From assembly GCA_000165345.1 (NCBI GenBank), contig CM000434.1, forward strand, positions 1,216,001 to 1,280,000: 64,000 nt of DNA. Reading direction: 5' to 3'. Shown here piece after piece: positions 22,615 to 33,612 of the stretch (the first letter of the stretch is position 1; the number at the start of each line of letters is the position of its first letter). Made by a program: the position numbers and the translations under genes. Below the pieces are notes generated by a model that saw nothing but the letters and a program-made list of their open reading frames with translations, did not search any database and was not told the DNA's origin.

Positions 22615-25600
22615 TCATCTCCTCGAGTACCTATAATTGCCTTGGAAGCTAGATTCATAAGGTTCAGGAGCAGGAGGGTAATGGTGAGCCGATCCACCCT
22701 CCATCTGAGGAGGAGGATATCCGTGGAAGGATTTCCTGAATCCTCCAGAGTGGGAGTGGGATCCATATTGGGATGCTCCCCCTCCAGACTTGCTATGGCT
22801 TCCACCTGTCTGACTCCCAAAGTTGTCTGCTGCATGATTATGTCTAGAGTGAGAATAATTGCTCGAATGTTGGCTCTGGTATCCTCCACTTCCTCCTCCA
22901 CCACCTCCACCACCAGAATTATAATGATAACTGTTATGATGAGAAGTTCCGAACTTTCTGGATCCAAAATCGTCCTCTGAGTTCGCTTTCCCTTGCTTCT
23001 GTCTCACCATGTATTCCTTATACCTCTTATAATCCTCCAAATGTTTAGATCTCTTAAAGAATCCCTCAGTCTTCCACCAGTTCAACAGCTTTCTCAAAGT
23101 ATTCTCGGATTTCCTCCATAACTGAAACCCTTTATGATTTACATAAATCCCATCTTCAAAGTGTATCCTAGCTCCACTTGAACCTACTCTTGAATTTGGT
23201 GGAACTGAAATTAGATGAAATCTACAAGGAATCTGTTTATCAGCTGTTATACCCCAAACTATCGAGTTACCACTTGTAGAGGATTCCACTAAAAGCTCAG
23301 TAACCAGATTCTGATATTCCATATTAGATCTATACTTTGGATGACTAAATACATTTGAAAGGTGTACCTTCAAAGGATGTACATATTGAATCAATATTTG
23401 ATCAATATCATTAAAATCTGAATCATCTATTCTTAATCTTCTTCCTAGCTCTCCAGGAAGCCTTTGGTCAAACTCATCTATGTTAATCACCTTAAACATA
23501 AAGGGATTTTCACAAACTTTTACATACATATTCAACTTATCTATATATTTAGTTGATGATTTAATTATTACTTCTCCCAAAGGTACTGTCTCACTCTTCA
23601 TATGCTCAATTATCTGCTCATGAGTCCAACTCCTAAAGTTTGGATGATGAATTGTACGTAATATTGTTCCACGATACTTGTTATCACCCCTACTCTCTCT
23701 GTCCCAAAGTCTGTCTCCTGATCCAATACCATTCTTGCCTAATCCAGAGTTGAGATTCAGTCCTGAGCTTGTAGATAATACATTCAAGTTCTTTTTGAAC
23801 AATATAAAGGCAAAGTGACGAATATCTGTCCAAATTAAAGCAGATAGATCATCTTGTAATAAGTTAAAGTCATTTCTTTGGTATTCTTGAATTGCTATAT
23901 TATGCATAGAAATCGATGATGAATCTGTATTGTTTGTTTGTCCACCTTGAGATTGTGAAGATCCTCCAGAATTACTATCATATCTATGTTTCTCTATCAT
24001 ATCAAGACGATACTGTTGTTGTCTCCAAACTCCATCAATTAAGTAATTTAATATATTACAAATCTTACTCTGAGATAAATTAACAAATACACAATGTTGA
24101 GAAAAATCTATATTTGTAACAATAGCTTGTAAAGGAGTATTCAATTTAAATAAATTATCAAATGAGACGGATTGAAGCTTAGGAAACTCGTCAAGGAGTT
24201 CTTCCCATAATGTATCAAAATCTTCAAGCACTACTTTCATATTATATTGATCAAACCAAAGTGTAATTGGACATCTAGAAGGTCCTCTAACGTTGTTTAA
24301 AACTCCTGTAATTCTGCATGTAATCTCACAACCAATAAATAAATCTTCTTTAGAAATCTCAAAAGATTCTCTGAGTTGTCTAGACTTTTCAATACCTCTA
24401 AATTCTCTTGAAACAAATGAACAGTCATAAGGCTTCTTAAGTTCTCTAAGCATTCTATTAAGATATGGAAGAAGTCTTGGTCTATCTTGGTTTTCATACA
24501 TAAGCTTTGCATAAGCTTCAAGATCAAGTGTCTCAAGCTTTGAGCTTCTTTTTGAAATCCAAGTCCAAAGTACTGTCTCATCCTTTTCTTTAGACTTTTG
24601 TCTAATTCCAGATACACTTTCCTCAGAAACTTGATCACGAATATTACCTAGAATTGTCAAAACTAGCTCCTTATCCTCCACATCGCTAAGTCGACTAATA
24701 TCAAATATGTTCAAATTCCTATTGTATTCTCTTTCATTACAGCTTTCTTCATCAACTCTAAGAAAGACTTGAGCATTCAAATAGACATTCTTTGTGAGAC
24801 AACCATCTTGATGTTGTTCACCTTGTCTAAAGTCGTATTCATAATGATTATTATCAATAGATGATGATTTTCTATGGTTTGTTGTTTCATTATGGTTGTC
24901 ATCTTGTCTTAATTGGCTTCTGGTAGAAATTGGTCCTGGATGAGAGTCTAAATAAAATGCCAAAGATTTGGCTTTTCTTGGTCCTAAACCACTCACAAAC
25001 TTAAGTGGGGACTGTAAATGAGAGTGACCTTTCATTCTGTTGATCTGCACTCCAAGATTAGCAACTACAGAGCGGATAGCCAAAAGTAAGTGGAATTGGA
25101 GCATTTTCGGATCTACACTGTCTTGAAGTCTGTGTAATTTTAGGCATGTAATAGGATTAAACCAATCTTTTGCTCCAGTTGAAGAGGATGAGCTAATAGC
25201 TCCGAGTTCATTATCTAAACCAAAAATATTGGCACTTAGCTCACTTTCAATTTCATTTCCTGAGTCCTCCCAAAGCTGTAATTGTTCAGCTAAGGGATTT
25301 TGAACAAGTCTTCCAACAGAAACTGCTAGACTGACATACATTGGATACTCTGATTGAAGACCTTTTGGTTTTTGTGACCCAGAAGTCTTTTGATCAGAAC
25401 CTGATCTACGTACTAGAGCTCTTGAGACATCCATAGAAACAAATAGAAATCCTGGAGTAAACTTGTGATCCTTTCTTTTAACTTTCTTGAGAATATTATT
25501 CCAAAGACCTGCTAACTCTAAGCTCTTTCTATCTGAAATCCCAACACAAATATAGTGAGGATAGTACATTTTTGTGAATCGAATTAGATTCTCCATATCC

Positions 25601-28600
25601 TCTTCAAAGCGTTGAGATTCTAAAGATCCTGAATTATCTCCTTTATCATTATATCTACTATCATTATGTCTAGAATTTCGATGAGACATATTACCTAATA
25701 AATGATCCATTACTAAAAAGTCTCTAAGCTCTCCAAAAATATCTAAAGAAACTACACAGACTTTAAATCCATTCTGAGCTTTCTCAACCACACAAGATAT
25801 TACATTAAGACCCCAATTTGTATTATATTCTTCTTTGATTGTATTAAAATTGTCTTCAGAGGCTCCTCTCCATCTGGAATTTCTAGATCTTCTAGAAATA
25901 AAGTTTTCATCATCACTTTCAATAGTATTTCCAGAATAATCATTATCAAAATCATCTTCATCTGAGTCATAATCATCGTCTTTCTTAGTTTTTTCTCCTT
26001 TATGATTTTCTCCAGATCTACCATTTTGGGTATCCATTGTTTCATCTTTTCCAGGATGCTTTGGGGGAAGAACCCGGAGTCTTTTTTGAAGATTAAGTGA
26101 ACAAAGCTCAGCAATATATTCCTGAGATCTCATTTTGAGGTAATTAATTACCTCAATTCTAAAGCTTGGAAAAAGTTCTTTTTCAATTAATCTATGTAGA
26201 ATTGGAATTTGGATAAGCTTACTCCAAATTGAGCCTGAAATACTAACATATCCATATTTTAATTCATCCAATATATTTCTTACAATTCTGTTATCAATAT
26301 TATCACTATTAACATACATTCTGAACTCCTGGTCAAATCTATTCATGATTGGAGCTGGTAAAGATCCTTTTTGAATCGAATTTGATTCTATTCCAGAATC
26401 TAGGAGTCCAATTTCATGTAAGAAACGCTCTTTGATTCTAGCTTCTCCATCTGATCCTCTCCATGGAGCAGGATCATCTATACAAAGAGGATGGACAATA
26501 AGCTCAATCAATCCACGTCTCTCAAGTTCGAGAACTTCAGAGCATAAACATCCGTCAAACAATGTGTTAGAATTAGAGTTTTGAGCATCCAAACCTGAAT
26601 CATCATTCAAAGGAAGATATGTTCCAGGTAATAAAGTATTAACAGGTTTTCTAAATAGCCTTCTTGCAAGCCAAAAAACTCCATTAGGACTTAATGTCTT
26701 TTCACCCTTTGTAGTTGTAACTGTAGTAATACAAGCATTAGAAAGGAAGTACTCAAATATCTTGGCTCTAATTGCTGGAAAGCTTGCAAGGCGTCTAGAT
26801 TCATATACAATTAACGAATCCAAGATTTTCTCGCTACTTGAAAACATCGGATTATCCTGTCTAACCAATTTTTCTAACCATTTATGAAGAGCTGTCTTAG
26901 AATTCTCTAAAACAGGACCTCCTGGAGGAAGTAGACTAAATGTATTTGGAAGGCCAGGAATAGTTCCAGATGGTGTAGAACAATGAAATTGTGGAGATGT
27001 AAAGCTCTTTAAATATAGAGATAAAACATAAGGAGAAACAATATGTGGACTCCAAACTTTAAAGAGCTCATTTGTTTCAATGTACTCAAATAGCTCAATC
27101 ATATAGTTCCTCCTTTGTTTTCTGTTAGAATATCCCATATTATCTTTTCCAATTTGTGTAGATTGTATAATATTTGATGATTCTCCAATAGAAGTTTCTT
27201 CAATTTGCTTAAATCTTGGAGTGTCGATATGATAAAGGAAATAAGATCTAATATTATCAATATCTCTGGATGAATCAAAGTAATAGCTAGATTGGAGTGT
27301 TTCCTGTAAGCCTGAGACAGTAAGGAATGCCTGGATTATATGATCTTCAGGAAGTTCATACAATTCAGAGATTCTAAATATATCAGAAATAGATTTCTTT
27401 TCTCGAATAGATAAAAGTTTCTGTTGGAAGCTTTCAATTGATAATTTGAGTTTATAATATATAGAATCTAAGAAAACAATCTTTCCCAAAAGAAAGTCAT
27501 TAAGAGGAGGCTGTATCAGATGCATTTTATGTAGGGAAATATATGGGACATCCAATCTTTCATTTAGAATCCAGTCCAAAACTAAAAAGACAGCGTTAGA
27601 AACCACCTGCATTACACCTCCGTTTGAGACATATGGGAAAGATGTTTTAAATTCCAGATTGTGGGATCTTCTTAAAAGCTCCTCCTTAAAAAGTTCTGGG
27701 TAAGTTTGAAGGAATTTCCTTGAAATCCATAAAGCCTCTTGTTGTAGCTCCTGCTTACTAATCTTCCTTTCTTTAAGTGACTTCCAACGGCTTCCATATA
27801 ATAGATATAGTCTCTCAGGTATATCAGCATATTTAACTTCGCCATCAAAGTCAGTAAGAAACTGTCCTTGCAATTGAGCTGGTTCAGAAATACTATGCAA
27901 AGTTTGAAGGGTAGTTTTCTTCATTTTATCCTGTATATTCTCCACTTCACCTTCTTCTCTTTCAATTCCCTCACCAAAGAGCTCCTCATCAATATCATCT
28001 ACCATATCAATTTCGTGATCTCCACCTACAATAGTCTTTTCACTGTCAAGCTCTTCTGATACTTTGGGAAACTTTGTGTTGTTATAATTTTCAGAATCAA
28101 GCATAGGACCACCTTCTAATACATCTTTACTTTTTGAAACCTTGTTCATAAGTATATCCATAACCGTATCATAGTCACCAAATACTGATTGAATAATGTT
28201 GAACTCGTCTCCTCTAAGACCCTTTTCATCCATATCATCGACCATCCAATCATCAGCATCTTCAGAATTCTCTGAATCAAATCCAGGAACAGGATCATAA
28301 TCTCTAGGTTTATAAGATGAGTCCTCCTCTTGATCAGCACCAGTATTAAAAAGAAGATCTTCCAAATCTCCAATATCCTTACCGACAAGTGTCTTATTGG
28401 GAGAATCAAGAGCTTCAGAGACTTTCTTTAAACGGTGTTTCTGAGAATCTTTGTTGAGACGTATTCCAGTATTTTCCTCAATTAAAGCTAAGTCATCCTC
28501 TTCTAAGCCTCCTCTAAGAATCTCGTCGTCATCGTCATCCTCTGAACTCTCATTACCTGCTTCAGGCATGCCATTTGAAGCAAGTAGATCTCCTTCACCT

Positions 28601-29313
28601 TGGCTGGCTGAATGAGACAGAATATGTGGACCTCTGTACACCAAACTATCATCAATACCATCCTCTTCGACCTCATCAGCAATAAAATCCTTCAATTCAT
28701 CGTAACCCTCTTCGTCATCCTCATCTTCATCTTCTGATGATGAGCGAGAGTCTCTTTTTCTACGATTAGGACGTTCTTGGCTTCCCTCTCTAGCTTTTTC
28801 TTCCCCATCCTCATCATCTTCTTCGGCCTCGTCATGAATATACATTTTGTATTTTTCGCGATTCTTCTTTTGGCTTTTAGAGACAGAAGACTTCCTCTTA
28901 CGGCTTCGCTTTTCTGACCTAGAGTCATCAGAAATTTCAGAAGAATCGCTTTGAGAAGAATGATTGTCAGATGTGGTAGCATGTAACAGAGCTTGTAAAG
29001 ATCCTCCTCCTATTATAGATCCCTGTTGACGACGCTTCTTCTTTTTTGGTCTTTGAGCCCGAGAATTTTCTGTGAGTTTATTAGCGGAACTCAAAATCTT
29101 AGTGGAATCATCTTGAGTATCTTCTAATTCATTCTTATCAGTATTACCGACTAATTCATCCTTATCCTCAGTAAAAGTCTTTTCATTGGCCTTATTAGCA
29201 TCAAAGACATCTAAATCCTGAGAACCAGACTCTTCTAAGCTTTGAAAAACCTTGTCAGTAGCTTCATTAGTGTTTGACCCTCCTTCATGAGAGCTCCTTG
29301 ATTCTTGTTCCAT
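22615..29313 (-). CDS. SPT6: Transcription elongation factor Spt6-like protein (2232 aa): acidic N-terminus, central nucleic-acid-binding core, C-terminal SH2, then a Gly/Ser-rich tail.
   Basis: ATG start. The highly acidic N-terminus is typical of Spt6. The SH2 motif IHHPNFRSWTHEQIIEHMKS...GEVIIKSS...L..YVKV matches Spt6 SH2 (HPNF...AE..L....GE.viRpSS). Length and order fit Spt6. The C-terminal GGGGGGGGSGG tail is encoded by the GGA/GGT repeat at 22870..22915. Confidence 0.6.
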   Translation of the reverse strand: MEQESRSSHEGGSNTNEATDKVFQSLEESGSQDLDVFDANKANEKTFTEDKDELVGNTDKNELEDTQDDSTKILSSANKLTENSRAQRPKKKKRRQQGSIIGGGSLQALLHATTSDNHSSQSDSSEISDDSRSEKRSRKRKSSVSKSQKKNREKYKMYIHDEAEEDDEDGEEKAREGSQERPNRRKRDSRSSSEDEDEDDEEGYDELKDFIADEVEEDGIDDSLVYRGPHILSHSASQGEGDLLASNGMPEAGNESSEDDDDDEILRGGLEEDDLALIEENTGIRLNKDSQKHRLKKVSEALDSPNKTLVGKDIGDLEDLLFNTGADQEEDSSYKPRDYDPVPGFDSENSEDADDWMVDDMDEKGLRGDEFNIIQSVFGDYDTVMDILMNKVSKSKDVLEGGPMLDSENYNNTKFPKVSEELDSEKTIVGGDHEIDMVDDIDEELFGEGIEREEGEVENIQDKMKKTTLQTLHSISEPAQLQGQFLTDFDGEVKYADIPERLYLLYGSRWKSLKERKISKQELQQEALWISRKFLQTYPELFKEELLRRSHNLEFKTSFPYVSNGGVMQVVSNAVFLVLDWILNERLDVPYISLHKMHLIQPPLNDFLLGKIVFLDSIYYKLKLSIESFQQKLLSIREKKSISDIFRISELYELPEDHIIQAFLTVSGLQETLQSSYYFDSSRDIDNIRSYFLYHIDTPRFKQIEETSIGESSNIIQSTQIGKDNMGYSNRKQRRNYMIELFEYIETNELFKVWSPHIVSPYVLSLYLKSFTSPQFHCSTPSGTIPGLPNTFSLLPPGGPVLENSKTALHKWLEKLVRQDNPMFSSSEKILDSLIVYESRRLASFPAIRAKIFEYFLSNACITTVTTTKGEKTLSPNGVFWLARRLFRKPVNTLLPGTYLPLNDDSGLDAQNSNSNTLFDGCLCSEVLELERRGLIELIVHPLCIDDPAPWRGSDGEARIKERFLHEIGLLDSGIESNSIQKGSLPAPIMNRFDQEFRMYVNSDNIDNRIVRNILDELKYGYVSISGSIWSKLIQIPILHRLIEKELFPSFRIEVINYLKMRSQEYIAELCSLNLQKRLRVLPPKHPGKDETMDTQNGRSGENHKGEKTKKDDDYDSDEDDFDNDYSGNTIESDDENFISRRSRNSRWRGASEDNFNTIKEEYNTNWGLNVISCVVEKAQNGFKVCVVSLDIFGELRDFLVMDHLLGNMSHRNSRHNDSRYNDKGDNSGSLESQRFEEDMENLIRFTKMYYPHYICVGISDRKSLELAGLWNNILKKVKRKDHKFTPGFLFVSMDVSRALVRRSGSDQKTSGSQKPKGLQSEYPMYVSLAVSVGRLVQNPLAEQLQLWEDSGNEIESELSANIFGLDNELGAISSSSSTGAKDWFNPITCLKLHRLQDSVDPKMLQFHLLLAIRSVVANLGVQINRMKGHSHLQSPLKFVSGLGPRKAKSLAFYLDSHPGPISTRSQLRQDDNHNETTNHRKSSSIDNNHYEYDFRQGEQHQDGCLTKNVYLNAQVFLRVDEESCNEREYNRNLNIFDISRLSDVEDKELVLTILGNIRDQVSEESVSGIRQKSKEKDETVLWTWISKRSSKLETLDLEAYAKLMYENQDRPRLLPYLNRMLRELKKPYDCSFVSREFRGIEKSRQLRESFEISKEDLFIGCEITCRITGVLNNVRGPSRCPITLWFDQYNMKVVLEDFDTLWEELLDEFPKLQSVSFDNLFKLNTPLQAIVTNIDFSQHCVFVNLSQSKICNILNYLIDGVWRQQQYRLDMIEKHRYDSNSGGSSQSQGGQTNNTDSSSISMHNIAIQEYQRNDFNLLQDDLSALIWTDIRHFAFILFKKNLNVLSTSSGLNLNSGLGKNGIGSGDRLWDRESRGDNKYRGTILRTIHHPNFRSWTHEQIIEHMKSETVPLGEVIIKSSTKYIDKLNMYVKVCENPFMFKVINIDEFDQRLPGELGRRLRIDDSDFNDIDQILIQYVHPLKVHLSNVFSHPKYRSNMEYQNLVTELLVESSTSGNSIVWGITADKQIPCRFHLISVPPNSRVGSSGARIHFEDGIYVNHKGFQLWRKSENTLRKLLNWWKTEGFFKRSKHLEDYKRYKEYMVRQKQGKANSEDDFGSRKFGTSHHNSYHYNSGGGGGGGGSGGYQSQHSSNYSHSRHNHAADNFGSQTGGSHSKSGGGASQYGSHSHSGGFRKSFHGYPPPQMEGGSAHHYPPAPEPYESSFQGNYRYSRR

Positions 29314-29631
29314 ATCCCTTAGGATTTCTCCCTTAAGCTTAAGAAAACTCTTGCCAAGACAAAAATTTTCCTGTTAATTCCTAATTCCTATTTCAAACAT
29401 AACACGATCCAACAATTTTAATAGCCTTATTTTTTCTGTCTTACGGAATTCCTAATATTAGGAGTACTAGTTCAAATTTACTCTATTTGCCTTTCAATTG
29501 ACCTTCTAGAAATACGATACTCTTTTTTTTTTACCTAACTTTCCCCCTTTTTTAATTAATTTTTCTGGCTGCCTTTTTTTACGCGGAACAATTCATATAT
29601 TGAAAAAAAATACCTTTATTTTTCGATACCT

Positions 29632-29647
29632 CTTTTGGCGCCAAAAT
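29632..29647. promoter_or_regulatory. Palindromic E2F-like box cttttggcgccaaaat in the divergent promoter between Spt6 and the ABCF gene.
   Basis: TTTGGCGCCAAA is a perfect E2F-type palindrome, and it lies in a 750-bp spacer between divergent genes. Confidence 0.45.
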
Positions 29648-30064
29648 AAATCTAAAAAATTTTGAGATAGCTGAATAGAAACAAAGCAGTATAAATTATC
29701 ATTTCGTTGAAGGTTGAACATTTCTTTTACAGTAAGACTGTAATTTGATTCTAAACTTATATACTCTAATGGAATTTCTACTTGAGTATTTTTTATATTA
29801 TGAATATTGATCCAAGCATTGGCTGAATATTGGTAACTGTTTGTTTTTAATAGCAACTAAAGTGAGTGCTTGAGGATTTGTGCCAATTTGGTTGGTGATC
29901 TTAACTATATACTTGCTGCAAATTTGTCAATATTCTTTTATAGATAAACTTTACAATAATTAAAGAATTTGGCTTGGCAGACATTGATTTTGGCGGCAAC
30001 TTCTTGAATATTACGGCATTTAATCAACAATTGGTAGAACTACTATTAAACGGAGTTTTAAATA

Positions 30065-32317
30065 ATGTGGGAGGACAAAGGCATGCTGATCATTGATAAG
30101 AATGAGTCAGGGACGTTTCCAAATCAAGAAGATGTTGCAAAGCACATCGAACAGGCTTGCAGTTCAAAGTTGGAAGACAAAGTTGTGTTAGAGTACTTAG
30201 TAAAGGTAGTTTATGCTGAAATTCTTGAAAATAAAGGAAGAATGTCTAAAGATAGACTGTTTGAAATAATGGATACTTTCTTGAGGCAATATGGTGATTT
30301 TGAAAATATTAATTCAGTTGTGAATAATATATATGAAGAATTAGGTATTGAACCAGAGGAGTCCAATGAACTTGCTGGAGTATTGAAAGTTATTGAACCA
30401 ACAAAAATTCTCAAATCCGAGGTTGAAACAGACAAACTTAAGTACGATCCTCTTCTTGATCTAGATGTGGGAGGAAGTGGGAACTTCAACAAAAATATCC
30501 CTATTGGGGAAAGTATTAAGCTTCAAAAGGCTGCAGCAAAGGAGAAAGAGAGACAGCTTAGATTATTAAAGCAATGGGAGAAGCAAAAGTTGGAGGTACC
30601 TGTTCCTGTGTGTCAACATCCAATTGATAGGTCTAGACGAAAGCTAACAGACATTCAAATTCCCAATATTACTATTTTTATTTCTGGAAGAGCTCTTCTT
30701 AGTGATGCATCATTAAATCTGACTCTTAAGCATAAATATGGACTAATAGGTAGGAATGGAATTGGGAAATCAACTCTTCTGACTTATATTGTAAGAAGAG
30801 AGATACCAGGAATTCCTGCTGATGTTTCTATTGCTTGTGTTGAACAAGAGTTACATTACAGACCTGAAGAAACAGTCTTGGAAGCAGTTTTAAGTATAGA
30901 TACTGAAAGATTTGAGCTTTTAGAAGAAGAGAAAAGACTTCTGGCTGGAAATGATGAGGAATCTGGGAATTCAGAACTCCTTAAAGAAGAAAACACTGCA
31001 CGTTTAAGTCAAATATATGAAAGATTAACAGAAATTGATGCATATACTGCTGAAAATAGAGCTTCTGTCATTCTTGTTGGCTTAGGATTCACTCAGGAAA
31101 TGCTTAAAGAGAAAGTTATTCGACTTTCGGGAGGATGGAGAATGAGAGTTGCTCTTGCGAGGGCAATATATGCTAATCCTGATATCTTACTCTTGGATGA
31201 ACCTACCAACCACTTGGATATACTTGCAGTTACTTGGCTTGAAAATTTCCTTAAAGAATGGGATAAAATTTGTGTCATTGTTAGCCACTCAAGAGATCTT
31301 CTTAACCAAGTTTGTTCTGATATTATCCATTTTAATGACAATAAACTTACATACTACAAAGGGAATTACGATACATTCGAGGAAGTGAGATCTATTGATC
31401 TGATTCTTAAACAAAAACATTTGGAACAACAAGCAGCTGAAAAGGAACGAATTCAGAGATTTATTGATAGATTCAGGTGTAATGCTAGTAGAGCAAGTTT
31501 AGTTCAGAGCCGAATTAAATACCTTGAAAGGCTTCCTATTCTGGAGGAAGTCCGTAAAGACCCCACAGTTGTTTTTGACTTTAATGCCATGGATATTTCT
31601 GGGTCGACAATTACTGGTAAAAGTGATGATACTTATGTATCTCTCATCGAATGTTGTGGTGTCAGCTTCTACTATTCACAGGAATCTAGCAACACAACCA
31701 AACAAATTGTTCATGATTTTAGTATGAATATACAAAGCAATTCAAAGATAGCAATTTGTGGAGGAAATGGAAGCGGTAAAACTACAGTTCTAAAATTAAT
31801 TATGGGACAACTCAACCCAACCAAGGGAATGATCAAAAGAGATCCAAAAATTAGAATAGGTTATTTTGCACAACATCATATTGAATCGCTTGACCTTACA
31901 CTTAACTCTATTCAGCAGTTACAAGCAAGGTATCCTGTAGCTGATATTTCTGATGAAAAAGCCAGGAATTTCTTTGGAAGGTTTGGAATCACAGGCAGTC
32001 TCGCCCTAGAACCTCTCTACGTTCTTTCTGGAGGGCAAAAAAGTAGAGTTGCTATTGCTATTATGGCGTATCTAAATCCTCATTTATTAATTTTAGATGA
32101 GCCAACAAATCACCTTGACTTAGATTCAATCCAAGCTCTTATTGTCGCTCTGAACTCTTTTAATGGAGGCGTTATTATTGTCAGCCACGATGCCCACTTG
32201 ATTTCTTGCGTTGCAAACTCAATATGGCATATTGACCACGTAAATAAAACCCTCAAAGAGTTCAAAGGCGGTGACTTTGACCTATATAGAAAAACAGTAG
32301 TTAGAACATCAGTTTGA
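30065..32317 (+). CDS. ABCF-family soluble ABC ATPase (GCN20/ABCF3-like): two ABC cassettes, no TMD, and an N-terminal extension of about 200 aa.
   Basis: ATG start. Two Walker A motifs (GRNGIGKST; GGNGSGKTT). Two signature plus Walker B blocks (LSGGWRMRVALARAIYANPDILLLDEPTNHLD; LSGGQKSRVAIAIMAYLNPHLLILDEPTNHLD). No hydrophobic TM segments. Confidence 0.85.
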   Translation: MWEDKGMLIIDKNESGTFPNQEDVAKHIEQACSSKLEDKVVLEYLVKVVYAEILENKGRMSKDRLFEIMDTFLRQYGDFENINSVVNNIYEELGIEPEESNELAGVLKVIEPTKILKSEVETDKLKYDPLLDLDVGGSGNFNKNIPIGESIKLQKAAAKEKERQLRLLKQWEKQKLEVPVPVCQHPIDRSRRKLTDIQIPNITIFISGRALLSDASLNLTLKHKYGLIGRNGIGKSTLLTYIVRREIPGIPADVSIACVEQELHYRPEETVLEAVLSIDTERFELLEEEKRLLAGNDEESGNSELLKEENTARLSQIYERLTEIDAYTAENRASVILVGLGFTQEMLKEKVIRLSGGWRMRVALARAIYANPDILLLDEPTNHLDILAVTWLENFLKEWDKICVIVSHSRDLLNQVCSDIIHFNDNKLTYYKGNYDTFEEVRSIDLILKQKHLEQQAAEKERIQRFIDRFRCNASRASLVQSRIKYLERLPILEEVRKDPTVVFDFNAMDISGSTITGKSDDTYVSLIECCGVSFYYSQESSNTTKQIVHDFSMNIQSNSKIAICGGNGSGKTTVLKLIMGQLNPTKGMIKRDPKIRIGYFAQHHIESLDLTLNSIQQLQARYPVADISDEKARNFFGRFGITGSLALEPLYVLSGGQKSRVAIAIMAYLNPHLLILDEPTNHLDLDSIQALIVALNSFNGGVIIVSHDAHLISCVANSIWHIDHVNKTLKEFKGGDFDLYRKTVVRTSV

Positions 32318-32382
32318 TTTTACTCTAATACAATATTTAATTTATAATTTTCCTACATCTATGCTTTCTTTATTACACATTC

Positions 32383-32430
32383 CCGCCACTGTGGTTTTTG
32401 TTTGCCTGCCATTTTAGCTCCCGCCATTGT
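32383..32430. promoter_or_regulatory. Two copies of tcccgcca(c/t)tgtgg (CCCGCC is a G-box/E2F-like half) upstream of the small secreted-protein gene.
   Basis: Read directly: cattcccgccactgtgg ... gctcccgccattgtgg. Confidence 0.3.
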
Positions 32431-32734
32431 GGAAGATTTTTTAAAAAAATATCGATTTTGAGAAATCTGATTTAAAGCCTGCAAAGTCTGCTAAGACTAA
32501 AGCTTGCAGTTTTAGCCTTTTCTATTTAATCTCTTTTTTTTGTTGAGTAATCACAAATTATTCCACTATTATTTTTGAGTGAATATCTTCCAAAGACATT
32601 AAATTAGTATTGTGGTACACCTGTGTGATATTTGTGTAAATCATTAGACTACACAAATAAAAGGTAATTACACATCATCAATTAGCATTAAAAACTCAGT
32701 TAAATCAAATAAAGCATTATTATTTTTGGAAATC

Positions 32735-33217
32735 ATGAATATTATAAGGCTCTTTTCCGGACTTTATCTAGTCATTATTTATCTATCCGTTTCAAATGAA
32801 AATCACGAAATTCTGCACACTTCTTTGGCCAATATTCAATCTTCAAGGAAGAAAGGAAAAAAACCTTCTAGATTTGATTGCGAACAAGCTGCATCCGAGT
32901 ACTTAGAATACTTACTATTGAAAAATGGGCTCATGTTTAGAGTTAGTTTAACAGAAAGATATAGTAAATTGTTAGAATCTGAAACTAATAGCAGTTTATT
33001 GGAATTGTATAAACGTAAATACACCAAATCACTCCAAAAGATGTCATCCATTGCACAAAAAATTGAGTCGAAACACGATCAAGCTAGAAGTCTATTTGAT
33101 GTTTTACTTGAGTGCCTTATATTATTTGGGGAAAGATACAGCCCAGAATCTATTTTTGAAAACAATAAGGATGCACTTAAATATTTGGACTCGGTTGAAA
33201 AGTTAGGAAACCAGTAA
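32735..33217 (+). CDS. Small secreted helical protein of about 160 aa with a signal peptide. Hypothetical.
   Basis: The track start is TTG (32726); the first ATG, 32735, gives MNIIRLFSGLYLVIIYLSVS, a signal peptide. Stop-free for 160 codons in AT-rich DNA. Confidence 0.4.
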   Translation: MNIIRLFSGLYLVIIYLSVSNENHEILHTSLANIQSSRKKGKKPSRFDCEQAASEYLEYLLLKNGLMFRVSLTERYSKLLESETNSSLLELYKRKYTKSLQKMSSIAQKIESKHDQARSLFDVLLECLILFGERYSPESIFENNKDALKYLDSVEKLGNQ

Positions 33218-33612
33218 ACACAATTGAACTAAATAAGATGGTTGTTTAACAAAATAAATTTCATGAATTTTAAATAATTCTGAATCTGATGGTTTAAGTA
33301 CGTGGTATGAGTATTAGTTATTGTTTAAAATACGAGAACTTTTAATGATGTCAATAAATGATTTTTGTCTATTTTGCTTAAATTTGTGCTAATAGATTAA
33401 GAAGGCGGGCCAATATGCACAAATGGCGCTGCCAGTAAAAAGATCTATACAATTTTTAGGTAATTAAGGACTTGGAATAGACATGTAGTTTGGGGGGAAA
33501 AGGGAGTGGGATTTTTAAAGGGTTATAGAAATTTAACTGAAATTTGTTTTTTTAGAATTGAAGTTAATGGGTGGAGTGTTAGTAATCATACTGTGGGTAA
33601 AAGATAGAAAGA